Assembly: GCF_006345805.1 (NCBI RefSeq)
Contig: NW_021823988.1
Span: 1-20,297, forward strand
Direction: 5' to 3'
DNA from: Octopus sinensis
Lineage: Eukaryota
Length of the DNA: 20,297 nucleotides
A program made the translations under genes and the position numbers. The notes below the pieces were generated by a model, which made no database searches, was not told the DNA's origin, and worked only from the letters and a program-made list of their open reading frames with translations. Shown here one piece after another: positions 9,530-19,255 of this stretch. The first letter of the stretch is position 1, and each line of letters begins with the position of its first letter.

Positions 9530-9950
9530 TTTTCAGGTAGCACCTTAGCATGGCTGCGGTCTAATAACTCAAACAAGTAAGAAAATAAAAAAAAATTCTG
9601 GGGTTCATACAGTCAACTAAATATTCTGCAAGGCGGTGCCTCAGCATGGCCACAGTCCAATAACTGAAACAAGTAAAAAAAAAAAAAAAAATTCTGGGGT
9701 CGATACATTTAAGTAAAAATTCCTCAAGGCGGTGCCCCAGCATGGCCACAATCCTATGACTGAAACAAGCAAAAAAAAAAAAATTCTGGGGTCGATACAT
9801 TTAAGTAAAAATTCCTCAAGGCGGTGCCCCAGCATGGCCACAATCCTATGACTGAAACAAGCAAAAAAAAAAAAATTCTGGGGTCGATACATTCGACTAA
9901 AAAGTCCTCAAGGCAGTGCTCACACATGGCCACAGTCCAATAATTAAAAC
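9530..9950 (+). repeat. About 4.5 tandem 92-96-bp units derived from the family-B SINE 3' tip
   Basis: aattctgggg at 9594, 9690, 9782 and 9874; catggc at 9549, 9645, 9741, 9833 and 9925; units 9690-9781 and 9782-9873 appear identical. Confidence 0.92.
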
Positions 9951-10035
9951 ATAACTGAGGAGGTATTGTCTGAGTGAGATTTTGTCCCAGGGAGCTTTTA
10001 TTTGGATCCCAAACATGAGTGTAGGACCCATACAA

Positions 10036-10068
<33 letters not shown>

Positions 10069-10142
10069 TGCATACATATTCATATACATATATAATATAT
10101 ATATATATATACACACACACACATACGTATATTATTTATACA

Positions 10143-10485
10143 TAGGCACAGGCATGCCTGTGCGGTAAGAAGTTTCCCAACCACACAATCCCAGGTTCAC
10201 GCCCACTATGTGCTACCTTGAGCAAGTGTCTTCTACTATAGCCCCAGATCAACCAAAGCCTTGTGAGTGGATATGGTATACAGAAACTGAAAGAAGCTTG
10301 TTTGTGTGTGTGTGTGTGTAACAAGTAAAAGATTAAAAGATACACACATGCATATATATCTTCTTCCAGCTGCAAACCCACTATGTGGCACCTTGGGCAA
10401 GTGTCTTCTACTTTAATAATATAGCACCGAGTCAACCAAATCTTCGTGGATGGATTCGGTAGGATGGAAACAGAGAGAGGCTTAC
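10143..10485 (+). mobile_element. Two partial family-B SINE copies (~10143-10340 and ~10365-10485)
   Basis: Each contains cccactatgtg...ccttg(a/g)gcaagtgtcttctact and cc/cttgtgagtgg-like segments. Confidence 0.75.
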
Positions 10486-10499
10486 CATGTATCATGATC

Positions 10500-10740
10500 G
10501 TCAACATTTAAGGTCCATGGTTTCAATTCCTAGACTTGGCGGTGTGTTGTGTTCTTGAGCAAAACACTTCACCTCACTTTGCTCTGCGATCACCTTGATA
10601 CCTGAAGCATGGTATGCTGTGCACCTGTTCAGGCAACGTTGATTACATGGAGGGAGTGAGCTAATGTGCACCACAAGCGTTTGATCACTATAAATAAATC
10701 ATTTGTGCTGGTCGTTCGGCAAAAAAGCTGAACATTTATA
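10500..10740 (+). mobile_element. Diverged SINE related to family C with a different 3' part
   Basis: ggtttcaattcc B-box-like, then gtgttgtgttcttgagcaaaacactt as in 2562-2893. Confidence 0.55.
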
Positions 10741-10857
10741 CACTGTATGAATGTTGTATATACACATACTATATACATACTCCATTCAACAGGAGAGTGC
10801 ATAATATGTATGTATGTATGCATACATGAATGTATACATACATGTATATATATATAT

Positions 10858-10963
10858 ATCATCATCATCATCGTTTAACGTCCGTTTTCCATGCTAGCAT
10901 GGGTTGGACGGTTTGACTGGGGCCTGGGAAGCCAGGAGGCTGCACCAGGCTCCAGTCTAATCT
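10858..10963 (-). mobile_element. Family-D 3' fragment with (ATC)n tail
   Basis: catcatcatcgtttaacgtccgttttccatgctagcatgggttggacgg; reverse complement of the 18770-18820 end. Confidence 0.85.
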
Positions 10964-10969
10964 AGATAG

Positions 10970-11026
<57 letters not shown>

Positions 11027-11085
11027 CACACACACACTCTCCAGAAAGGAGAGGGTAAACATTTTTATTTCTCTTTCCATTTCAG

Positions 11086-11127
11086 AATTACAACCATTAG
11101 TGGTTTGGAGTTTGTCTGCTCTTTCTA
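11086..11127 (+). other. Candidate 42-nt internal exon of an unidentified host gene
   Basis: Polypyrimidine tract atttttatttctctttccatttcag, then 42 nt, then gtgagt. Two frames are open (ITTISGLEFVCSF or LQPLVVWSLSALS). No homology evidence. Confidence 0.3.
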
Positions 11128-11352
11128 GTGAGTCGGATGTCCTATTATGGCCATCCCTTATATGTTTAAATATATATATATATATATGCTTATATACGTA
11201 TGTGTATATGTGTGTGTGTATGTATATATATATATATATGCTTTCACATGGAGCACCAGGCTCTGAGCCACTGGTGTAGCTTCATGATACTAAACATGCT
11301 ATAAATATCCTACTTTATGTTTGAGTTATATTTCTCTTGAATGTGTGTGTGT

Positions 11353-11425
11353 ACATGTGCACACACACACATATATATACACATGTGCACACACACACAT
11401 ATATATACACATGTGCACACACACA
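11353..11425. repeat. 28-bp compound microsatellite unit, about 2.6 copies
   Basis: acatgtgcacacacacacatatatatac starts at 11353, 11381 and 11409. Confidence 0.85.
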
Positions 11426-12002
11426 GGGTTTTGTTGTTATTGTCGAAGGCCTGTTGAACATTATTATATGCAGGCAGGGCATAGGAAGGACAGGTAAACA
11501 TGACATGGACAGAGAAATATCAAAACCGTGTATACACGTATATACATACTCAGCTACAGAAAATTCTCTGGGCTACAATAACAAGGTTTACATGAATTTA
11601 TAAATGAGTGACCCCCAACTAAGCCAGCTTTGGCAGGTGCTGATAGCATTTTGGACTGCTTATGGTTGGATATCAATCTGATATTAAAGACAGTGGGTTT
11701 TTTTGGGGTTTTTTTTTAGGGGCAGTTTATGATGGGAAGGAGAGCAGGATAATCTGAAAGCATGTGGGGGTTTTAGGGAGAAATTTATAGTGAGAATGTC
11801 CTGTGTCCCATGGTGAGACTCCATTTCAAGAGTTTTGTAGTTGTGGGGAGCATGGAGTCAACCATCCTCGGTCTGTTCTGACCCAGAATAGTAGTACTTG
11901 TCAGGGTTCCATCTAGGGGTTAAATAGATTTTTGTAAGGCTCGATTGAACTCCTTAGCTGCTGTGCAGGCAATCAATCTATGAGGAGGAATATTCCAAAA
12001 TT

Positions 12003-12300
12003 TAATTCGTTTATTGGCCACAAGGGCTAACAAAAATCAAATAAAACATGTAAGGACAAAATACAAGACGAAAGTTACAAAAAGGGTTTTGTCCGTTTGA
12101 AATGCAAGATAACAACGAAAATATAACAAGTAAAAACTCCCAATAGGGGGAGGCACTTCGAAAGGTTATTCGTGGAAAAATCCATAAAAGCAATGGGAGC
12201 CCGGTCAAAAGGGGGGGTAGAGAGCCCTTTTCTCCTTTTATATTACCTTTATTTTTTTACAGGTGTATCTTCAGAATTGGTCCGTTGATTAGTACCTATT
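12003..12300 (-). mobile_element. Tx1/L1-like LINE 3' end (ORF end and 3'UTR)
   Basis: Reverse complement of 16345-16572 and 16875-17165; minus strand reads NGPILKIHL* then 3'UTR ending agcccttgtggccaataaacgaatta. Confidence 0.7.
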
Positions 12301-12439
12301 TCCAACATGCCCTAAGCTAGCATGGAAAGAGTATGGCTTATAAAACTATCATGAGGTATGTCAAATAACAGATTCATACTAGGGGCCAACTATCTCATGT
12401 CTGTGCACATTCTGCCAAAGATAGGGGGAAATGATGAAT

Positions 12440-13876
12440 TATAGTGAGAAGTGGGGAAAAATGATCTACAAGTGTATATGTCGCATGTGAGGTATTTTTA
12501 GGGAGTAATTTAGGGTGGGAAAGAGAGTAGGATATTCTGAGTGTATATTTATCTTGTGTGAAGTTTTTAGGGGGCAAATTTAAGATGGGAAGAAGGGCAA
12601 GATGATCTGCAAGTGTATTTGCTTGATGTGAGGGTTTTTAGGGAACAGTTTAGGGTGGGAAAGAAGAGAAAGATGATCTGCAAGTGTATTTGTCTCATGA
12701 CAGATTATTTTTAGGGAGCACTTTAGAGTGGGGAGAGCAGGATGATCTGCAAGTGTTGCATGTGAGGTTTTTTTTTAGGGAGTAATTTAGGGTGGGAAAG
12801 AGAGTAGGATATTCTGAGTGTATATTTATCTTGTGTGAAATTTTTAGGGGGCAATTTAAGATGGGAAGAAGAACAAGATGATCTGCAAGTGTATTTGTTT
12901 AATGTGAGGGTTTTTAGGGAACAGTTTAGGGTGGGAAAGAAGAGAAAGATGATCTGCAAGTGTATTTGTCCCATGACAGATTTTTTAGGGAGCATTTTTC
13001 GAGAGGGGAAAGCAGGATGATCTGCAAGTGTATATGTTGCATGTGAGGTTTTTTTTTAGGGAGTAATTTAGGGTGGGAAAGAGAGTAGGATATTCTGAAT
13101 GTATATTTATCTTGTGTGAAGTTTTTAGGGGGCAACTTAAGATGGGAAGAAGAGCAAGATGATCTGCAAGTATATTTGTATGATGTGAGGGTTTTTAGGG
13201 AACAGTTTAGGGTGGGAAAGAAGAGAAAGATGATCTGCAAGTGTATTTGTCCCATGACAGATTATTTTTAGGGAGCACTTTAGAGTGGGGAGAGCAGGAT
13301 GATCTGCAAGTGTATATGTTGCATGTGAGGTTTATTTTAGGGAGTAATTTAGAGTGGGAAAGAGAGTAGGATATTCTGAATGTATATTTATCTTGAGTGA
13401 AGTTTTTAGGGGGCAACTTAAGATGGGAAGAAGGGCAAGATGATCTGCAAGTGTATTTGTTTGATGTGAGGGTTTTTAGGGAACAGTTTAGGGTGGGAAA
13501 GAAGAGAAAGATGATCTGCAAGTGTATTTGTCCCATGACAGATTATTTTTAGGGATCACTTTAGAGTGGGGAGAGCAGGATGATCTGCAAGTGTATATGT
13601 TGCATGTGAGGTTTTTTTTTAGGGAGTAATTTAGGGTGGGAAAGAGAGTAGGATATTCTGAGTGTATATTTATCTTGTGTGAAGTTTTTAGGGGGCAACT
13701 TAAGATGGGAAGAAGGGCAAGATGATCTGCAAGTGTATTTGTTTGATGAGAGGGTTTTTTAGGGAACAGTTTAGGGTGGGAAAGAAGAGAAAGATGATCT
13801 GCAAGTGTATTTGTCTCATGACAGATTATTTTTAGGGAGCACTTTAGAGTGGGGAGAGTAGGGTAAACTGCAAGTG
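12440..13876. repeat. Higher-order satellite: 5 x ~281 bp, each made of four ~70-bp monomers
   Basis: gatgatctgcaagtg or gatattctga anchors at 12460, 12531, 12601, 12672, 12741, 12808, 12877, 12948, 13016, 13089, 13158, 13229, 13298, 13370, 13439, 13510, 13579, 13652, 13721, 13793 and 13861; every fourth anchor is the gatattctga variant. Confidence 0.95.
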
Positions 13877-14399
13877 TGTCTGCCACATGAGCTTCTGACA
13901 TGAAACCTAACCAGGTATCATATTTCACAGATGAGCTAAAAGAAGGGAATCATAAGACCATGACACTTGTAAAGGAAAACTTGCTGTTACTTCCATACCC
14001 AATAGGGGCCAATGCTAATGATTAACAGTGGCCCTAAATAACAGTCATTAGGAAGGTTAATTAATCTACTTGATAAACTACCTCAATTATTATAGAAGCA
14101 CAATATAAATAGCATATTTACTGCCTCCACCATATTTTAATATCTCAGTACAATTAATTTCTGCACAGACAGGTTATTTTTCTCTGGGTACCTTTAGTGA
14201 GGGTGGGTAGACAGTGGGGGTGGTGTCACTAATTATGTATGAAATTAACTGTTTACTATCCACCATTTTTAAAATACAGACCTTATGTTTGTGAGCATAT
14301 GAAGAGTGGGAAAGAGAGAGGATGAAAAGAGACAGTGACTGTATATTAATACATATAACCACACACACACACACACAAAAGGGGGGGGAGAAAGAAGAG

Positions 14400-14776
14400 A
14401 CTAAGATGTTCATAATACTTATATATATTTATATACACACATTAATGCATACATTATACACACAAATATATATATATATATTAGATATATATTATATGCA
14501 TATGTACATATACATATTTATGTGTGTCTGTGTGTCCCTAAACATATTTGTCAGTTACAACATAGTGTTGTAACTAACAAATGCATGGCGTGTGTGTGTG
14601 CGCATACATATTACTACTACACACACACACATATATATATATATATACATATATAAACACACACCATTATATGTGTATGTATATATATGTATATTATATA
14701 TAATAGTTATATATATAATACTATATATAGATATATATATACATATATACAACTAATATATTATACATATATATAT

Positions 14777-14807
<31 letters not shown>

Positions 14808-14979
14808 TCATAATATATATAGACATATAACATACACACATAGATATACATACACACACACATATATATATATATACATACATATATACATACACCACAC
14901 ATACCATATATATGTATATATATATATATTAAATATATCTATATATATATATACATATTACATATTAATATATATATCC

Positions 14980-15030
<51 letters not shown>

Positions 15031-15060
15031 CACACACTTACACGCATACACAAACGTGCA
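14400..15060. repeat. Large compound TA/CA/TG microsatellite tract
   Basis: Nearly continuous alternating purine-pyrimidine dinucleotide runs. Confidence 0.9.
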
Positions 15061-15612
15061 TTTATCAGTTACAGCAGAAAATTGGGTTAATTTTACTTCG
15101 GCAATGTCTATTTGGAGGAAAAGGAGGATAGTGTTTTAGTTTATTTTATTCAGAGAAAAACCTGGTTTAACTAGTTGCTGTCAGAGTCCTGCCTTCTCTG
15201 TCTAAAACCACCACACACACAAACACGCGCGCGCGCGCATGAACACATGCACCCAGCACACTAAACTCCATGCCTACCACCACACCTGCCTCCACTTGCC
15301 ATTCAGAAACTAAACAATCTCTCTCTCTCTCTCTCTCCATTCTTTCCCCTTCGTTCTTTCACAAACCACATTATTCACTAAGCTTTTTACTGACTGACAA
15401 AAACCAGAATGGAGCAATTTCAGAAAGGCCTTCTTTTCTTTCATTTTTTTTCTTTTTTTGTTTTATATTTGTTTGTCTTCTTTTTGTTATTTTTACTGTT
15501 TAGCCCAAGGTCAACCCAGATCCGGTGTGTGTGTGTGTGGGGGGGGGGGTAAACCTATCGTCAACAACATTTCAGTTGTTTACCAAAGAATGCACCCAGA
15601 TAACATATTTAA

Positions 15613-15773
15613 CCCTTTTAGCATTCAGATTACTCCTTCGTCAAATGTAACAGGTTGGTTTTTTTTTTTAGAATGATATTGTCGGGCTGGTGTAAGAGGC
15701 CAGATCTGACAGGTTTGAAAATAAAGCCGATAGAATATTTCAGCCGAATATGGTCAACTTAAGTGCTAAATGG
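15613..15773. mobile_element. piggyBac-like MITE (TTAA-flanked, CCCT terminus), right end decayed
   Basis: ttaa-cccttttagcattcagatta at left, ttaagtgctaaatggtaaa at right; same family as 18848-19067 in the opposite orientation. Confidence 0.65.
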
Positions 15774-15890
15774 TAAATGCCTACTTTTGATTTAGGAAAG
15801 GTTTGGGTGAAGAAGGGGCTTTAGTGAAGAAGAGCCTTTCAACCACAGTGTACACTGGAAAAATACATGGATTGGTCATGACTGGACTAT

Positions 15891-16283
15891 CTTCTCTCTT
15901 TACTCTTTTACTTGTTTCAGTCATTTGACTGCGGCCATGCTGGAGCACCGCCTTTAGTCGAGCAACTCGACCCTGGGACTTATTCTTTGTAAGCCCAGTA
16001 CTTATTCTATCGGTCTCTTTTGCCGAACCGCTAAGTAACGGGGACATAAACACACCAGCATCGGTTGTCAAGCAATGCTAGAGGAACAAACACAGACACA
16101 CAAACACATATATATATACATATATATACGACGGGCTTCTTTTCAGTTTCCGTCTACCAAATCCACTCACAAGGCATTGGTCGGCCCGAGGCTATAGTAG
16201 AAGACACTTGCCCAAGGTGACGCGCAGTGGGACTGAACCCGGAACCATGTGGTTGGTAAACAAGCTACTTACCACACAGCCAC
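15891..16283 (-). mobile_element. Family-B SINE, full length, little diverged
   Basis: Complete head, CORE-like motif, linker and 3' module; CpGs retained. Confidence 0.9.
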
Positions 16284-16310
16284 TTCGATTCATAAGTCTA
16301 CTTATTATTA

Positions 16311-16344
<34 letters not shown>

Positions 16345-16594
16345 CCCCTTTTGACCAGGCTCCCGTGGCTTCTATGGGTTTTCCCACGAGTAACCTTTCG
16401 AAGCGCCTCCCCCTATTGGCAATTTTAATTGTTACTTATATTTCGTTGTTATCCTGCTTTTGTACACGGACCTTTTTTCAAACGGACAAAACCCTTTGTA
16501 ACTTTCGTCCTGTGTTTTGTCCCTTTATGTTTTAATTGATTTTTGTTAGCCCTTGTGGCCAATAAACGAATTAATTATAATTATTATTATTATT
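16345..16594 (+). mobile_element. Tx1/L1-like LINE 3'UTR fragment with (ATT)n tail
   Basis: Homologous to 16944-17165 and to 12003-12218 (reverse complement). Confidence 0.75.
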
Positions 16595-16802
16595 GGCAAG
16601 CTGACAGTATCGTTAGCATGCCAGGTGAACTGCTTAGAAGCATTTTGTCTGTCCAAACATTCTAGGTTCAAATTCCAACACGGTTGACTTTACTGGTCAT
16701 CCTTTCAGAGTCAATAAAATAAGCACCAGTTGAACACCGGGGTCAATTTAACTTAGCCCCTCCACCAAACCTGCTGACCTTGTGCCAAAAATTGAAACCA
16801 TT
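16595..16802 (+). mobile_element. Diverged SINE with family-A head and a different 3' tail
   Basis: ggcaagctgacagtatcgttagc, ggttcaaattcc and catcctttcagagtcaataaaataagcacc; tail ccttgtgccaaaaattgaaacc. Confidence 0.75.
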
Positions 16803-16826
16803 ACCATCATCATCATCATCTCTGAT

Positions 16827-17165
16827 AGCAAGTTTACTGAAAGGTGGGTAAATGTCACAAGAATGGCCAGTATAAATGGACCAATTCTGAGGATACACCT
16901 GTAGTATAAAAAAGTATTATAAAAGGAAAAAGGGGCTCTCAACCCCACTTTTGACCAGGCTCCTGTGGCTTTTATGGGTTTTTCCTTTCGAAGTGCCTCC
17001 CCCTATTGGGAATTTCAATTGTTATATTTTCATTGTTATCTCTGGAATTTTTACATGGTTTTTGCAAACGGACAAAACCCTTTGTAACTTTCTCGTCCTG
17101 TGTTTTGTCCCTTTATGTTTTGATTAATTTTGTCAGCCCTTGTGGCCAATAAACGAATTATTATT
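16827..17165 (+). mobile_element. Tx1/L1-like LINE 3' end: last 25 codons and 3'UTR
   Basis: 16827-16904 translates SKFTERWVNVTRMASINGPILRIHL*, an F..RW C-terminal motif as in Tx1-clade ORF2 (from recall). Confidence 0.7.
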
Positions 17166-17399
17166 GGTGGCACGTAAAAAGCACCATCCGTCCGTGACCA
17201 TTTGCCAGCTGCGGGTGGCACATAAAAAGCACCCACTACACTCACGGAGTGGTTGGCGTTAGGAAGGGCATCCAGCTGTAGAAACACTGCCAGATCAGAC
17301 TGGGCTTGATGCGGCCTTCTGGCTTCACAGACCCCAGTTGAACCGTCCAACCCATGCTAGCATGGAAAGTGGACGCTAAATGATGATGATGATGATGAT
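17166..17399 (+). mobile_element. Family-D retroposon with (GAT)n tail
   Basis: ggtggcacgtaaaaagcacc twice, then gtggttggcgttaggaagggcatccagctgtagaaa and catgctagcatggaaagtggacgctaaa(tga)n. Confidence 0.85.
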
Positions 17400-17467
17400 T
17401 ACTGAGTGAGAGAGGAGTGCATGCCATCAAAGTACACCCTTAAGGATTGTCTTCAGGTTAAGAAGTA

Positions 17468-17560
17468 GCAACAAGAACAAATACAACATCAACGACAGCC
17501 ACCATAACAACAACAACAGCAACAACTGCAAGTACGACCACAACAACAACAACAGCAACT
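17468..17560. repeat. Degenerate (CAA/CAG)n tract
   Basis: acaacaacagcaacaactgc... repeats. Confidence 0.8.
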
Positions 17561-17899
17561 GCTCAGTAACCTGTCTGGTTGTTTCTATCAGTTCAGCCGC
17601 TATTTATGCGCATCTTCATCGTGTCCATGTGGAGAAGTTCAACAGGCAGCAGCACGATGATGTAAAACAATTAACCGAGAAGTCGATGGGTTTTTTTACT
17701 AAGAAAAACCCGCAGATTAATATCAAAACAATACAAAAAAAAAAAAAAAAGAGAGAGAGAGAGAGAGATAAACACTGAGATTTGGATGAAGGATTTAGAC
17801 AAATCTCCACTAATCTAGGAACTAAGATAAGTAATTAAAAAGATGATCAGTAAAAGTCACTAACTGCCAGAGGATAATCTTGTGTTGTTTTGTTTATCA

Positions 17900-18438
17900 G
17901 CCGAGTCCAAAGTGGAAGATTGCTCTGAGCCTTTTGTCTGGCTGAGAAGAATGACCAGTTTTCCTGTCAGGGTTGGTTACTATGCAAAAAAGAGGTTGTG
18001 TGGTGGATGAAAATGAAAAGATTGGAGACACACACTTTCTCTTAGGCCAAACCCTCATCAAGTTTTTTTTTTCCCCCCAAGTTTCACTTGGAAAGAAGGT
18101 GATGGTGGAGAGGAAGGCACTAACATCACCAGTAAAATCTTTGAAAGGTGGGTGACACTGGCAAATATTGTATATACAAATGGACCCTATATTTGAACAT
18201 GTGCTTAGAGACCAGGAAAGGACAGGTGAGAGAGACAGAGTACTTGCCCTTGGTTGTTAGGGTCACTGAGATTTTGTGGCTTTCCTTTCAATGGCCCTAA
18301 GCAGATATCCCACCTATTGGGGAATATCTTATTTTTGGTTACCCTTTTTTTCACACTTCACACTCCCTTTCCCACGTTTATATTTTTACTTTTTTCCAAT
18401 GTCTTTGCCTTCCTTGAACCCTTGTAGCTAATAGAAAA
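17900..18438 (+). pseudogene. Older, frameshifted Tx1/L1-like ORF2 C-terminus and 3'UTR
   Basis: Pieces EVVWWMKMKR, GQTLIKFF, KVMVERKAL and IFERWVTLANIVYTNGP across frames; 3'UTR has cctattgggga and ends aacccttgtagctaatagaaaa, like the younger copies. Confidence 0.6.
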
Positions 18439-18472
18439 ATCATCATCTATCATCATCATTATTATTATTATT

Positions 18473-18826
18473 CCGAACGTGGCCAATGCCAGCGCCGCCT
18501 TGGCTGGCTTCCATGCCGGTAGCACGTTAAAAGCACCAACCGATCGTGGCCGATGCCGGACCCCACTGGCACCTGTGCAGGTAGCACGTTAAAAGCACCA
18601 ACCGATCGTGGCTGACGCCAGACCCCCCTGGCACCTGTGCAGGTGGCACGTAAAAAGCACCCACTACACTCGCGGAGTGGTTGGCGTTAGGAAGGGCATC
18701 CAGCTGTAGAAACACTGCCAGATCAGATTGGAGCCTGGTGCAGCCCCTGGCTTCCCAGACCCCGGTCGAACCGTCCAACCCGTGCTAGCGCGGAAAACGG
18801 ACGTTAAACAATGATGATGGTGATGA
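18473..18826 (+). mobile_element. Family-D retroposon with internal 62-bp tandem module
   Basis: ggt(a/g)gcacgt...aaagcacc at 18518, 18580 and 18642; 3' part as in 17230-17399. Confidence 0.85.
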
Positions 18827-18847
18827 TTATTATTATATTTAACTTGA

Positions 18848-19067
18848 CCCTTTAGCATTTAAACTGGTCATATCTGGCTCAAATATTCTACCTGTTTTAC
18901 GCTCAAACCATCCAGAACCAGCCCCTCATACCTACCTTACAATGTCATTCTAAAAGTAAGCAACCATACCACTGAAAACTTAAAGCTATGAGACAATACA
19001 TGATTAATTCAAAACAATATGAATTAACAAGCATTACCTTTGACAGAATAATCTGAATGATAAAGGG
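18848..19067. mobile_element. piggyBac-like MITE
   Basis: ttga-ccctttagcattt ... aatctgaatgataaaggg-ttaa. Confidence 0.75.
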
Positions 19068-19109
19068 TTAATTATAAAAATACAGCAAGATTTTTTACAC
19101 ACAGCGAAT

Positions 19110-19181
19110 GGCTATGAGGGTCCAGTAGAATAAAATAGGAATCAAAGGGGTCCACAGGCAAAACATGGTTGAGAACCACTG
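19110..19181. mobile_element. Possible single end of a hAT/Charlie-like MITE
   Basis: Ends ggttgagaaccactg, the reverse complement of the Charlie-type TIR CAGTGGTTCTCAACC; no partner end found. Confidence 0.45.
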
Positions 19182-19255
19182 ATTGTAGACCAATGGTCCT
19201 CAATGAGCAGACCTTCTAGCTATGACCACTTTGTTTTCAACCATAATGTATTTAA

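Larger units (their letters stand above)
8784..10014. mobile_element. Foldback/Mutator-like composite element with repetitive inverted arms
   Basis: ggacaaaa repeats at 8784, 8800, 8816, 8831 and 8863; decayed inverse copies at 9958-10005; inner inverted SINE-tip arrays; atgagtgta direct repeat at 8775-8783 and 10015-10023. Confidence 0.5.

Noticed and set aside
11920-12000. Minus-strand FWNIPPHRLIACTAAKEFNRAL as a LINE WNxLP C-terminal motif
   Set aside because: Similarity too weak and short to support without a search.
12440-13876. True or interstitial telomere tract
   Set aside because: TTAGGG never occurs in tandem; it is embedded in a 70-bp monomer.
12395-13928. Repeating minus-strand ORFs as a repeat protein
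   Set aside because: They are by-products of the satellite; frames break at variable T-runs and at stops in each unit.
12380-14012. taggggccaa at 12380-12389 and 14003-14012 as a TSD around the satellite
   Set aside because: No terminal repeats or tail adjacent to either copy; plausible by chance.
805-18858. Remaining 60-190-aa ORFs in the supplied track
   Set aside because: They map to SINEs and microsatellites (YIYI, CVCV, HTHT runs; recurrent WPCW/LQLDALPNANH peptides), with no coding signature.
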